A program made the position numbers and the translations under genes. This document shows, piece after piece, positions 46,012-59,406 of a stretch of DNA of 64,000 nt. Source of the stretch: Terriglobia bacterium. GTDB lineage: Bacteria; Acidobacteriota; Terriglobia; Terriglobales; Acidobacteriaceae. Location: assembly GCA_963802575.1 (NCBI GenBank), contig CAWDJF010000001.1:111321-175320 (forward strand), in the 5' to 3' direction. The notes below the pieces were generated by a model. That model had not been told where the DNA came from and made no database searches. It saw only the letters and a program-made list of their open reading frames with translations. Position 1 is the stretch's first letter, and every line of letters starts with the position of its first letter.

Positions 46012-48467
46012 ATGCCCACCGACGCCGAGATACTCAAGAAGATCGAACGCCAGCCCAAGCACACCGCCGGCTACAAGCAACTCGTTCGCGAACTCGGACT
46101 GCATGGCGACGAGCGCCGCGAGCTTTCCGAAAAATTGTCACGCCTCGTGTCCAGCGGACAGCTTCGCCAGACTCGACTCCGACCGCTACGCGCTTCCGCA
46201 GGCCGCCTCCGGACGCAATCTGGTCGTCGGACGCCTCAGCATGCACCGCGACGGCTTCGGGTTCGTCATTCCCGACCCCACTTCGATGGACGAGCGTCTC
46301 AAAGCCAAACTCAGCGGCGACATCTTCATTCCTCCGCCGGCCGTCGGCAACGCTATGCACGGAGACCGCGTCGCCGTCGAAGTCACCGCCATCCGTCCCG
46401 ACGGACGCGCCGAAGGCCGCATCATCAGGCCTCTCTACCGCGCCCACGCGACAGTCGTCGGCATCTTCCACTACGGCCAGCGCACACAACTACGTCACTC
46501 CCATCGATCAGAAGATCGCTCAAGAAATCGTCATACCGCAAGGGATGGAGATTCCGGAAAAGAGTGGCGCCGACGTCCCGCCGGCCACGGAAAAGCCAGC
46601 CAAGCGAAGAAGCAAGCACCGCGTGCTCGGCGAAGAAGCCCAACGCCGCACCTGGGACGACCTAGAAAACGTTGTGGTCGATGTCGAGATCACCGACTGG
46701 CCTTCTGCCACTCAGAATCCCAAAGGACGCGTCGTCGAGATCCTCGGCTATCAGGACGACTTCGGTGTCGATGTCGAAATCATCATCCGCAAGTTCCATC
46801 TCCCGCACATCTTTCCTGCCGAAGTCTTGAAGGAAGCGGAGGAAACCGAGCCCATCATTTCTTCCGAAGAAATGCGCCGGCGCCGCGACTTCCGCGATTT
46901 GCTCATCGTCACCATCGACGGCGAAACTGCGCGCGACTTCGACGACGCGGTGCTTGTCATCGTTTTAGAAAACGGCAATTTCGAACTGCAGGTACACATT
47001 GCCGATGTGGCGCACTACGTTACCGACGGCTCCGCGCTCGATCAGGAAGCGCGCCTGCGCGGCACCAGCGTCTACTTTCCCGATCGCGCCGTTCCTATGC
47101 TGCCGCTCGAATTATCGACCGACATCTGCAGCCTGCGTCCACAGGTCGAGCGCCTGGTGCTTTCCTGCGTGATGGAAATCGACCATCGCGGCGAAATCGT
47201 CGGATACGAACTCAGCGAAGGTGTCATCAAGTCCGCCGAGCGCATGACTTACACGGCGGTCAACGCGATCATCGAAGGTGATGAAGACGCGTGCAAACGC
47301 TACGCGCCGCTGGTCAAGCAGTTCGAACTGATGCGCGATCTCGCTTTGATCCTGAACAAAAAGCGCGAGCGCCGCGGCTCAATCGACTTTGACCTGCCTG
47401 AACCGGTCATCGAATTCGATGAGCACGGATTGATGAAGAGCATCACCCGCTCGGAGCGCAACATCGCGCACCGTTTGATTGAAGAATTCATGCTTTCGGC
47501 GAACGAGACCGTCGCCGGTCATCTGGAAAGAAAGCGGATCGCTTCGCTTTACCGCATTCACGAGAAGCCCGACGCCAAGCGCGTCTACGACTTCGAAGTG
47601 ATCGCGGCAACCTTCGGTTATTCGCTGGGCGTGGGTGCGTTACCCATTGGGCGCATTCAACTGAAGACCGACCGCCGCGCCGCTCGCGGAACCGGCAAGC
47701 ATGTTCCCGCCATCGAGATTCCTAAAGAAGTGCATATCACGCCGCGCATGTATCAGAAACTCACGGAGAAAATCGCCGGCAAGCCCGAGGAGCGCATTCT
47801 TTCGTACCTGATGCTGCGATCCCTCAAGCAAGCGCGCTACTCGGAAGAGAATGAAGGACACTTCGCCCTCGCCGCCCCCAGCTACACGCATTTCACCTCG
47901 CCCATCCGCCGCTATCCCGATCTGATTGTGCATCGCATCTTGAAGGAAGTTCTCAAAGATGCTTTGAGTGCTGAGAGCAACTCTGGCCGGCGGGACGCCG
48001 GCGCTACTCCGTGGTCGAAGCGCCGCGAGCGCGAAGCCCCAGAGCCCACGGGCGGTCCGATCCCTCTCGAAGTTCTACACGAGATCGCCGAAGAGTCGAG
48101 CCAGTCCGAACGCCGCGCCGACGAAGCCGAACGTGAACTGATGGAATGGAAGAAAGCCAAGTTCATGGAAGACCAGGTGGGCAATGACTTCGACGGGCTC
48201 ATCATCAGCGTGACGAAGTTTGGATTCTTCGTCGAACTGCTCGATCTCTTCGTTGAAGGACTCGTCCCTCTGGCCTCTCTCACCGACGACCGCTACACCT
48301 ATCACGAGAACACGCGCGAGATCATCGGACAGCGCAGTCACAAGACCTACAGCCTGGGGCAGAAGATTCGCGTGATTGTCGACCGCATCGATCCCGTGGA
48401 GAAGAAAATTCAGTTCGCCGTTTTGGAAGAGAAGCCGGTTCGCGCCGCACGGAGACGGAAGTCCTAA
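46012..48467 (+). CDS. rnr: Ribonuclease R; two frame breaks (about 46165-46175 and about 46481-46487)
   Basis: N-terminal HTH-like segment in frame 1; cold-shock domain segment GRLSMHRDGFGFVIPD...GDRV in frame 2; RNB domain (DGETARDFDDAV...YFPDR..PMLP...LCSL) and C-terminal S1 domain in frame 0. Confidence 0.85.
47984..48008. repeat. REP-like unit family C inside the rnr coding sequence (encodes SGRRDAGAT)
   Basis: Identical 25-mer to 101-125 and 52224-52248; in frame in the linker before the S1 domain. Confidence 0.8.
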
Positions 48468-48528
48468 AGTTCCGGTTATTTATTGGGCGCCCATCTTGTG
48501 ATACGTTGCCGCACATCACGGCGATCGA

Positions 48529-49596
48529 TTACGGTTTCGTAGCCGGCAGATAGAATGCAGCCACTCCGTGGGTGATTTCATCCGGTTGGCAGTGGTCGAG
48601 ATTAGTGAGTACCACTACCGTCAATCTGTCATCCACGTAGCGCGAGATATTGGTGTTGAAGCCCTGCCACTGGCCTCCGTGTTCAATGACACGGTGTCCG
48701 TGAACGTTTTCGATGAACCATCCGAATCCGTAGTGCCCTGAGTTCGGCTTGCCATTCTTGTATTTGGCCACCGTCCACATCTGATCGAGGCTCGAACGCT
48801 TGAGCAGCCTTTCGGTGTAGAGGGCGGCGTCCCATTTGGCGAGATCGAGGATGGAGAAATACAAGGCACCGTCAGCCGTGGTGTTGAGTGTAGGCGAAAC
48901 CCACTCCTGATTCTTCCATTGTCCATCGACCAGGCGATAACCGGCAGCTCGGTTGGGAATGATGTCGGCCTCACTGATAATGCGCGTGTTGCTCATGCCC
49001 AGAGGCTGAAAGATGCGGTCATGGAGGAAGTCGCCATAAAACTGCCCGGAGACGCGGTGAATCAGAATACCCAGCGTTAGAAATCCGAGATTGCTGTATG
49101 CATATTTCGTGCCGGGCGGACAAGCAAGAGGAATTGCTTCGACAATCTTGAGCAATTCGTCTTCGGTGTAGTCGCGGCGGAAGTCGAACTTGTCGGGATA
49201 ATCGGTGAATCCCGCGGTGTGGCTGAGCAGATTGCGGACCGTGACCTGCGCCCAAGCGGCGGGCGCGCCGGGAAAGTACTTCGTCAGAGGATCGTCAAGT
49301 CCCACTTTGCCCTGCTCGACGAGCATCATCACGGCAGTGGCGGTGAACTGCTTACCCATCGATCCCGATTGAAAAATTGTCTCAGGCTTTACGGGGACTC
49401 GCAGTTCGAGATTCGACAAACCGTAACCTTGCGCGCGGACGATTTGGCCGTTGCGAGCCACTAGCAGCGCCAAGCCGGGGATATGGCGCCTCTGCATTTC
49501 AGCCTCGATGTGGCGGTCGACGGCGGCGTCAGGAGACGCCTGAGCCCAAAGGGAACTGGAGAGGATCAATATGCACAGTGCGCGGGCAGTAAGCAT
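48529..49596 (-). CDS. Secreted serine hydrolase, beta-lactamase/PBP4* (class C-like) family
   Basis: Signal peptide; S-x-x-K (SGSMGKQFT), Y-x-N (YSNLGF), late HGG ([11 protein letters not shown]). Confidence 0.75.
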   Translation of the reverse strand: MLTARALCILILSSSLWAQASPDAAVDRHIEAEMQRRHIPGLALLVARNGQIVRAQGYGLSNLELRVPVKPETIFQSGSMGKQFTATAVMMLVEQGKVGLDDPLTKYFPGAPAAWAQVTVRNLLSHTAGFTDYPDKFDFRRDYTEDELLKIVEAIPLACPPGTKYAYSNLGFLTLGILIHRVSGQFYGDFLHDRIFQPLGMSNTRIISEADIIPNRAAGYRLVDGQWKNQEWVSPTLNTTADGALYFSILDLAKWDAALYTERLLKRSSLDQMWTVAKYKNGKPNSGHYGFGWFIENVHGHRVIEHGGQWQGFNTNISRYVDDRLTVVVLTNLDHCQPDEITHGVAAFYLPATKP

Positions 49597-49672
49597 CTTC
49601 GGGACTCCCGAATCGAAGTGGAACTCCGCTCAAGAGTCTACACAAGGCTCGGAGTGCGGCTGGATTCTTCGG

Positions 49673-50713
49673 TTAGTCGTTGTGTGGGGCAACGCTGGCG
49701 GGTGTGCCGAAGTATTCCCTCACCTCATGCAATTCGCGGTCGAGTTCTACGCTTGCCCCGAGAGGACTGCGTCCAGCGCGTCCGGGATAGTCATAACGCA
49801 GATCGCGGAGATGCACGATGTAGCCGCCGCTTGCGAGTTGCTCGGTCTCGGTGATGGGATATTGCGCCCAATCGAGATAAACGCGTCCGAGGTTGGTCTT
49901 CTTCGCAGCCAGGGTAACAGGCGTCTCTTCAGGCTTGTAGCGGATACGCATCTGGCTCTGGGGATCGACTTCCGGAATAGTGGAGTCGACTAGGACCTGC
50001 GCGAAAAAATTCGGCGTCTCGACGACTCCGTACCAGCGAAACGGATTCCAATAGTTGGGATAAGCGGAGAGCCGCGTGGCATCGGCACCCTGGTAGGTGC
50101 GGGCTTCCATGGCACTCACGGCGCGCCGGTGTTCGTAGTCGCGAAGGCCCCATAGAGCGACGATCCCAAGAAGGGCGAGAGTTGCCCCAAGACGTCCTTG
50201 CGGACCCTTCTGGCGAACGCCAATCTCACGGTTGATCAACGAAAAGAACGAAGGCAACACCAGTCCCGCCACCAGCAGAATCAGGATCACGGGCTCCAAG
50301 ATAAAAACGATGTCCCACGAATACCAGCGTTCGTAGAAAGGCCAGAAGGGGCGGACGCCGTAGTTGTTCGTGAAATCGAGCAGGATGTGGCTGAGCCCGG
50401 CGATGTAGGCGAAGACGAACAGCAGCCCCCAGCGCGGCGGCAGGTTCGGGTCCTTGATTTTTCGGCCCCGGAGCACCCACACCAGGTAGACGATTCCGAC
50501 GGTTGCGGCAGAAACGAGAATCAATCCCAAGAAAGAATGGGTGAAGCCGCGATGGTGCGCGAATCCGAAGACCGAGCCCTTGAAGCGTCCGATCACGTCA
50601 ATGTCAGGAGCTTCAGCGGCCAGGGTGACGGTCGCGGTCGCCAAAGCGGTCTTGCGATTCAAGCCGGCGCGGCCCATGCAAGCGCCGGTCAAAAAGTGAG
50701 TGACGGGTTCCAA
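49673..50713 (-). CDS. Membrane-bound metal-dependent hydrolase (YdjM/DUF457-like) with C-terminal extension
   Basis: MEPVTHFLTGA..G.......A......LAAEAPDIDV...........HRGFTHS; multiple TM helices. Confidence 0.65.
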   Translation of the reverse strand: MEPVTHFLTGACMGRAGLNRKTALATATVTLAAEAPDIDVIGRFKGSVFGFAHHRGFTHSFLGLILVSAATVGIVYLVWVLRGRKIKDPNLPPRWGLLFVFAYIAGLSHILLDFTNNYGVRPFWPFYERWYSWDIVFILEPVILILLVAGLVLPSFFSLINREIGVRQKGPQGRLGATLALLGIVALWGLRDYEHRRAVSAMEARTYQGADATRLSAYPNYWNPFRWYGVVETPNFFAQVLVDSTIPEVDPQSQMRIRYKPEETPVTLAAKKTNLGRVYLDWAQYPITETEQLASGGYIVHLRDLRYDYPGRAGRSPLGASVELDRELHEVREYFGTPASVAPHND

Positions 50714-50842
50714 GGTTCGCCAAGGCCCTCGAGGTGCGAGTTAGAGAGGATACCGTGATCGTCGCAGCAACGCCAATCGATCGCGTGGTTGCTGGCGGGT
50801 GGCAGAGAAAACTAGCACGAAGTTTGGCGGTTCCGGCGTATC

Positions 50843-51286
50843 ATGAGCTTGTCATCCCTGACTTTTTTACGCTGGAGCCGGCCTATGCTGCGTAGTGTTG
50901 CCGCAGTTCTTATGGGCTACTTGCTGTTCGCACTCACTGCCGAGGCTCTTTTCTTGCTCTCTGGCCGCGATCCCCATGCCCCAGCAACGGTTCCTTTCAT
51001 GATCATAACCATCCTCTACGGGGTGTTCTTTTCGATCCTCGGAGGCTACATCGCCGCGCTAGTTGGCGGTGTCGGAAAGTACGAAATCGAACATGCCTTT
51101 GCGGTGGCCACGCTGATTGCTGCGATTGGAGCGGCTTCGCTGATGGCAGAGTCTCCAACCGAGTCGAAGTGGACGCAGCTTTCCGCAGTCCTGATCATTG
51201 CGCCTGCCGCAATCGTCGGCGGTTACCTGCGCAGACGGCAATTGAAGAACAAGATGCTCGAAGAGCGGCGCTCACGGCATCAGTAG
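50843..51286 (+). CDS. Hypothetical small membrane protein
   Basis: Four hydrophobic helices; the 3' end overlaps the convergent lipid kinase gene by 15 nt; start uncertain (50885 ATG possible). Confidence 0.45.
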   Translation: MSLSSLTFLRWSRPMLRSVAAVLMGYLLFALTAEALFLLSGRDPHAPATVPFMIITILYGVFFSILGGYIAALVGGVGKYEIEHAFAVATLIAAIGAASLMAESPTESKWTQLSAVLIIAPAAIVGGYLRRRQLKNKMLEERRSRHQ

Positions 51287-52195
51287 ATGGACCGCGTCGG
51301 GCACGATTGAGACTTGCGCAGGCAAGGTGCCCAGAAGTTCTCCGTCGGCTTCGACGAAGACTCGCGGGTTCTGCATATCCGGCAAAGCGCAGCACTCCAC
51401 CTTGTCGGCATCGATGAGATCGATCCCTCCAACCTTCCACTTGGCTCCGAACAAACTGCGAATGATGTAGCGCAGATAAGCGATGCGGCTCCGAGTGCGA
51501 AAAAGCACCAGGCGCAGATTCTGACGGTCGAGCGAGGCTCCGGGCGCCAGTTCGCGCAGCACGCCGCCAAAGTTTCGGATGCGGACGGCGAGTAATTGAG
51601 AGACCGCGGCCCGATCTGCCCCGTTGATCTCGGCTTCGAAATGTTCGAGCGGGTGGGTGAGCCACAGCCATGTGGCTTTGGAGTAGTACGAGGTCATGCC
51701 GAAGCGCCGTTTGGCTTGCGGATCCAAATGGTAGAAGAGGTGAGCATCGACACCTATACCTACGGTTACCGTGAAATAGGCGGAAGCGCGATTGCCTGAG
51801 AAATCCTGATATTCCACTTTTCCAACCGGGATTCGCCGGGGCTGCGCGCGAAGGGCTGCTTTTGCCGCTGCCGCGGGCGTCAGCGGGAGACGAACATCGT
51901 GCGCCAGAGTGTTGCCGGTTCCTAATGGAATGATGCCGAGCGCCGCCGTGGTCCCGACCATCACCTGCAGCAAGTCATGAATCGTGCCATCGCCTCCGCA
52001 GGCGAAGATGGTGTCGTAGCCTTCCGCGATGGCACGCTGCGCTTGTTCTTGGGCGCGGGCCGCGCCTTGAGTGGGGGAAACTGATGTCTTTACCCCGGCC
52101 TCGCGCAGGACGTACGCTGCAACTTCCACGTCCGCCAAACGCCGTTCGCGCCGGCCCCCGGAGAGCGGATTGTAGAGGAGAAGGGCCTTGCGCAT
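51272..52195 (-). CDS. Diacylglycerol/lipid kinase family protein (YegS-like)
   Basis: LLLYNPLSGG......YDTIFACGGDGTIHD......LGIIPLGTGN.LA. Confidence 0.8.
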   Translation of the reverse strand: MRKALLLYNPLSGGRRERRLADVEVAAYVLREAGVKTSVSPTQGAARAQEQAQRAIAEGYDTIFACGGDGTIHDLLQVMVGTTAALGIIPLGTGNTLAHDVRLPLTPAAAAKAALRAQPRRIPVGKVEYQDFSGNRASAYFTVTVGIGVDAHLFYHLDPQAKRRFGMTSYYSKATWLWLTHPLEHFEAEINGADRAAVSQLLAVRIRNFGGVLRELAPGASLDRQNLRLVLFRTRSRIAYLRYIIRSLFGAKWKVGGIDLIDADKVECCALPDMQNPRVFVEADGELLGTLPAQVSIVPDAVHLLMP

Positions 52196-52223
52196 GGTGT
52201 CGCTTGATTGTAATGGAGCACCG

Positions 52224-52249
52224 TGGCCGGCGGGACGCCGGCGCTACTT
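52224..52249. repeat. REP-like unit family C
   Basis: TGGCCGGCGGGACGCCGGCGCTACTT; overlaps the last codons and stop of the DinB-family gene. Confidence 0.8.
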
Positions 52250-52738
52250 GCCGCGCGTTCCCCACTCCCACATGCCAAAGATCGCTTTCTGCGCGAGAGG
52301 ATGTCCTGCCTGGCGCGCGAGCATGGTGATCTGGCCGCGATGGTGGGCGTCGTGCGAGACCAGGTATCCGAAAAATCCCGCGACATCGGGACGGAAGCCC
52401 TTGATGCGACCGTCGCTTTGGAGAGCGGCTTCCATGACGGCGGCCAGCGCGGCATAACTCTCGCTCAACGCCTTTGCGGCTTGAGTGGGAGTGACGCTGG
52501 CGCGATCGAGTTGCTCGGGAATTTTGCTGTCTTTGGCGGAAGCTTTGAGCCACATGACGCGCACGTTATGCATGTGCGCCACGACGGCCGCGATGTCTCG
52601 GCCCTTCCCGTTCGGAGGATCCGCGCGCCATGCTTCTGCCGGTAGGTTCTCGATCAGATATTGATTGATGCGTTCGTTGGTTTCAAAGGCGACGAGCAGT
52701 GCTTCGGCGGGCGCGAATACGGGCGCTGATTTCGGCAT
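52244..52738 (-). CDS. DinB family protein
   Basis: AAVVAHMHNVRVMW......GYLVSHDAHHRGQI His triad pattern. Confidence 0.7.
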   Translation of the reverse strand: MPKSAPVFAPAEALLVAFETNERINQYLIENLPAEAWRADPPNGKGRDIAAVVAHMHNVRVMWLKASAKDSKIPEQLDRASVTPTQAAKALSESYAALAAVMEAALQSDGRIKGFRPDVAGFFGYLVSHDAHHRGQITMLARQAGHPLAQKAIFGMWEWGTRGK

Positions 52739-52883
52739 GGCAACAACCTCCCGAGGTGGTCACAAAGCTTAGCAAAACGGATTGCATCCCGTATTTCTTT
52801 CGCCTAAGCTAAGGGCACTGTATTGGGGCTCCATTCGTTAGGGTTCTGCTTTTTCCGTTTCCATCAAAGAGGAGGACATCCTC

Positions 52884-54530
52884 ATGAACTACCGTTTCAC
52901 GGTATTGCTCGTTCTTGTTGTCTGCGTCGGCGCAATGGCGCAGGAACACATGGGCCAGCCCGCGTCGAAGCCCGCCACTCTGATGCCGGGATTGGGAAAT
53001 CTCCATCATCCTGTCTCTACCAGGAATGCGAATGCGCAAGCGTTCTTCGACCAGGGCTTGCGGCTCATTTACGCGTTTAACCACGATGAAGCTGCGCGTT
53101 CGTTTCAACGCGCGGCAGATTTCGATCCGAAACTGGCAATCGCCCACTGGGGAATCGCAGAGGCGGTCGGTCCAAACTATAACGACCCGGCCAGCGAAGA
53201 ACGCTTTAAGCAAGCGCATGAGGCGATTCAAAAGGCAGTCGACTTGAGCGCAAACGCCTCGCCCAGCGAGCAGGCTTACATCCAGGCGATGGCCAAGCGT
53301 TTTCCCGCCGACCCAAAAGCTGATTTGCGGAAAGCGGCGGAAGATTATCGCGACGCGATGCGCGAGGTGGTGAAGCAATATCCAGACGATCTGGATGCAG
53401 CCACCCTGTTCGCCGAAGCCGGCATGAATCTCCATCCATGGGGGCTATGGCATCAGGATGGAACGCCGCAGGCAGGGACGGAAGAAATTGTCACGACGCT
53501 CGAATCAGTGATCCGGCGTGACCCCAACCATCTCGGCGCGGTGCACTACTACATTCACGCAGTCGAGGCTTCGACGACGCCGGAGCGCGCGCTGGCCGGG
53601 GCGAACAAGTTGGCTGCACTTGCGCCTGCTGCAGGACACATCGTGCATATGCCCGCCCACGTCTACATTCGCACCGGTGATTACGCGGCGGCTGTCAAAA
53701 CCAACGAAGAGGCCGCGGCCGTCGACCGCGCCTACATGAAAGCGAGTGGCGTGCAGGGCATCTATCCCATGATGTACTACAGCCACAACCTGCACTTCAT
53801 CGCTATGTGCGCCAGCATGGACGGAGATTATCTGGAGGCGAAGAAGAATGCTGACATGCTCGCGACTCACGTCGCTCCGGGCGTGAAAGAGATGCCTCCG
53901 CTAGAAGGCTTCATGACCATCCCTATGGCTGTGGACATCCGCTTTCACAAGTGGAATGACATTCTGAAAATGCCCAAGCCTGATCCCTCCATGCAGGCCA
54001 CGACGGGCTTCTGGCACTTCGCCCGAGGTATGGCACTTGCAGGTACAGGGAAGATCAGCGAAGCCGAGGCCGAGTACAAGATTGTTTCCGAGGCGGAGAA
54101 GAACACTCCCGCCGATGCCATCTTCCAGATGCCCATCAACAACAAGACGAAAGACATCCTGAAAATTGCTGAGGATGTGCTGGGCGCAAAGATTGCGATG
54201 GTGAAAAAAGACAACGCAGGGGCGATTGCCATGCTGCGCGATGCAGTCTCCATCCAGGATAAGCTGAACTACGGCGAACCGCCGGATTGGTTCTTTCCCG
54301 TGCGCGAATCGCTGGGAGCCGCCGTGATGATGACTGGCGACACTGCCGGAGCGGAGCAGGTGTTCCGAGCCGATCTTGAAAAGAATCCCCGTAATCCGCG
54401 GTCTCTCTATGGCCTGCAGCAAGCCTTGAAGGCGCAGGGCAAAGACTACGATGCCGGGTTTGTAGAGAAACAGTTCAACGCGTCGTGGAAGGGCGGAAGC
54501 AATTCTTTGAAGATGGACGATCTGGTTTAG
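52884..54530 (+). CDS. Secreted TPR-like helical-repeat protein with conserved His cluster (paralog of 12525-14153)
   Basis: Signal peptide; AHWGIAEA, QYPDDLDA, HYYIHAVE, HIVHMPAHVY. Confidence 0.6.
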   Translation: MNYRFTVLLVLVVCVGAMAQEHMGQPASKPATLMPGLGNLHHPVSTRNANAQAFFDQGLRLIYAFNHDEAARSFQRAADFDPKLAIAHWGIAEAVGPNYNDPASEERFKQAHEAIQKAVDLSANASPSEQAYIQAMAKRFPADPKADLRKAAEDYRDAMREVVKQYPDDLDAATLFAEAGMNLHPWGLWHQDGTPQAGTEEIVTTLESVIRRDPNHLGAVHYYIHAVEASTTPERALAGANKLAALAPAAGHIVHMPAHVYIRTGDYAAAVKTNEEAAAVDRAYMKASGVQGIYPMMYYSHNLHFIAMCASMDGDYLEAKKNADMLATHVAPGVKEMPPLEGFMTIPMAVDIRFHKWNDILKMPKPDPSMQATTGFWHFARGMALAGTGKISEAEAEYKIVSEAEKNTPADAIFQMPINNKTKDILKIAEDVLGAKIAMVKKDNAGAIAMLRDAVSIQDKLNYGEPPDWFFPVRESLGAAVMMTGDTAGAEQVFRADLEKNPRNPRSLYGLQQALKAQGKDYDAGFVEKQFNASWKGGSNSLKMDDLV

Positions 54531-54557
54531 GAGGAGCGATCGAGTGCGGGTAGTGTC

Positions 54558-57137
<2,580 letters not shown>

Positions 57138-57143
57138 CTGTGG

Positions 57144-57233
57144 AATTTGGTAATCGGGTAATTTCGTAATCTAAAACCGACCGAATTGCCTTCGATTACC
57201 CAATTTCCCGATCACAAAATTACCAAATCTTCT
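57144..57233. repeat. Word-like imperfect inverted repeat downstream of ligA (GAATTTGGTAATCGGGTAATTTCGTAATC ... GATTACCCAATTTCCCGATCACAAAATTACCAAATC)
   Basis: Arms are near reverse complements; same simple-word style as family D. Confidence 0.6.
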
Positions 57234-57425
57234 CCAGCCTTTGGTGCAGGGCCAATCGTCTCTCCCGCATAGACTTACCAAAAAAGCGACAATCTGTTGA
57301 CATCGCGTTGACAATCGCAATGACGGCTTCCCCTAATCTGCGGACGCTCGATGCCAGCATCCATCGCTGCTGGTAAAGCGCCATAAACGACCCTCACTCT
57401 CACGCAGAAATCAGAAGGAGAAGGT

Positions 57426-58508
57426 ATGCAGACATTCGAACTCCGCCGTATGCGAATCCTCGGCGCCGTGGTCATCGCGTTGACCCTATTTGTTTCAGCT
57501 TCCACCCTGGCTCACGCAGCCTCTTACAAGGGCGCTTTTCTAACCTCCGATCAAACCGGCACAGCTCCCAACATCGATCCGAAGCTCATCAACCCGTGGG
57601 GAATCAGCTTCAGTTCCACCGGAGACTTCTGGGTATCGGATAACAACTCAGGCGTCTCAACGCTTTACAACAGCACCGGCGTCCCGAATTCGTTGGTGGT
57701 GACGATTCCATCCGCTACCGGTGTTGGCCTTGGCACACCGACGGGAACGGTCTTCAATGGTACGACTGGCTTTGTGGTGACTCAGAACGGAAAATCGGGT
57801 CCGGCGTCTTTCTTATTTGATAGCGAAGACGGCGTGATCACGGGCTGGGATCCGAGTGTGAATGCCACGGTGGCCGTGATCGCGGTGAACAACTCGAGTT
57901 CGGGCGCGGTCTACAAAGCCATGGAACTGGCGAACAACGGCACTGCCAACTTCCTGTATGTCTGCAATTTTTTCTCAGCCAAAGTTGAGGTGTACGACTC
58001 CACCTTCAAGCCAGCGACGTTATCTGGCAGCTTCACCGATCCGCATCTGCCTGCGGGATACGCTCCTCACAACATCCGCAATATCAATGGGCAGCTCTAT
58101 GTGGCCTACGCGAAGCAGAACGCCACCAAGACTGACGCCGTGTTGGGCAAGGGTCTGGGCATCGTGAACGTATTCGACCTGAACGGCAACTTCATCAAGC
58201 GTTTTGCGATGAAGGGAACGTTGAACGCTCCGTGGGGCCTGGCGGTAGCCACGGCTAACTTCGGAACTTTCAGCAATGACATTCTGGTGGGCAACCTGGG
58301 CGATGGGACGATCAACGCTTTCGATCCGACCTCGGGCGCATTCCTGGGTCAGCTCAGCAACGCAGCCGGCAAGCCGCTCAAGCTCTCGGGACTCTGGGGA
58401 CTGATGTTCGGCAACGGCGGTATGGGCGGGTTGAAAGACACGCTCTATTTCACTTCCGGACCGAGCGCATACGCTCACGGCCGGTTTGGCAGCATCACGG
58501 CTCAATAA
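57426..58508 (+). CDS. Secreted beta-propeller protein, TIGR03118-like
   Basis: Signal peptide; LINPWGISFSSTGDFWVSDNNSGVSTLY, GNFIKRF......LNAPWGLAVA...FG.....ILVGNLGDGTINAFD, LWGL.FGNG; family name from memory. Confidence 0.6.
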   Translation: MQTFELRRMRILGAVVIALTLFVSASTLAHAASYKGAFLTSDQTGTAPNIDPKLINPWGISFSSTGDFWVSDNNSGVSTLYNSTGVPNSLVVTIPSATGVGLGTPTGTVFNGTTGFVVTQNGKSGPASFLFDSEDGVITGWDPSVNATVAVIAVNNSSSGAVYKAMELANNGTANFLYVCNFFSAKVEVYDSTFKPATLSGSFTDPHLPAGYAPHNIRNINGQLYVAYAKQNATKTDAVLGKGLGIVNVFDLNGNFIKRFAMKGTLNAPWGLAVATANFGTFSNDILVGNLGDGTINAFDPTSGAFLGQLSNAAGKPLKLSGLWGLMFGNGGMGGLKDTLYFTSGPSAYAHGRFGSITAQ

Positions 58509-58571
58509 GTTTTCGGCCCCTGGGAAGCTAACGTCCTTCTGGGCAGAGTTCCTCTCTCTCCGAACTCTCGC

Positions 58572-59066
58572 TCAGGAGGACGTTTGCGTTTTAAGGGCGG
58601 CCCGGATCTTCTCATAGGTTACGTCCAGAGTTTCCGGAAGAATGCGGGTTTCGCCAACGACCGAAACGAAGTTGGAGTCGGCCACCCAGCGGGGAAGCGC
58701 GTGCATGTGGATGTGTCCCGCGACGCCCGCTCCCGCCGCTTTGCCGATGTTCATCCCCAGATTTACCCCGTCAGGGCGATAGAGTTCGCGGAGGACGTTC
58801 TCCATTCGCTGCGAGAGTTCCATCATTTCGTGAGCAGCCTCGGTTGGCAGCTTTCGTAGCTCATCGAGATGCGCGAAGGGGACGACCATAACGTGGCCTG
58901 GGGTATAGGGAAAAGTATTGAGGATGATGAAGCAGGACTGGCCGCGGTGGACGATACGCGCCTTGGCATCGTCGCCCAGTTTGACCAGTTCGCAGAAGAT
59001 GCAATCGGAAGTCTTAGTCGCTCCCGTGACGTAGGCGTAGCGCCACGGAGTCCACAGATAGTCCAT
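58572..59066 (-). CDS. HIT (histidine triad) family protein
   Basis: LWTPWRYAYV, CIFC, NTFPYTPGHVMVVP, AGAGVAGHIHMHALPRW. Confidence 0.8.
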   Translation of the reverse strand: MDYLWTPWRYAYVTGATKTSDCIFCELVKLGDDAKARIVHRGQSCFIILNTFPYTPGHVMVVPFAHLDELRKLPTEAAHEMMELSQRMENVLRELYRPDGVNLGMNIGKAAGAGVAGHIHMHALPRWVADSNFVSVVGETRILPETLDVTYEKIRAALKTQTSS

Positions 59067-59201
59067 GGCACGGCAGAGTAGCAGATGGCAGCGTCTTCGC
59101 AAACCAGTCAGCGACCAGGCTCGTCTGTAACCCCTTTGTAACAATGGGAATCAGCGGAAAGACTTGCGTTGCGGGCACTTCCAAAATCCTTGGTTTGGGG
59201 T

Positions 59202-59231
59202 TTGACACTGTTTGCAAGCGGTTGCTATAGT
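59202..59231 (+). promoter_or_regulatory. Strong sigma70-type promoter TTGACA-N18-(TGC)TATAGT upstream of rpsA
   Basis: Perfect -35, extended -10 TGnTATAGT; leaves a leader of about 170 nt before ATG 59407. Confidence 0.6.
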
Positions 59232-59406
59232 CGAAGAGTTCGCCTTTGGAGCGGGTTTGCTTTCTTTAGCAGTCCGGCCGCTGGGATTGTCATTAAGTTC
59301 GTTCGCCAGAACGGGCTCAACACAACCTAAGACTCACGCCAGCAGTCCGCACGAAAACAGCCCGTATCCGTCTCGCGGTTAATGCGAGAGAACACCCTGA
59401 GAGGCT

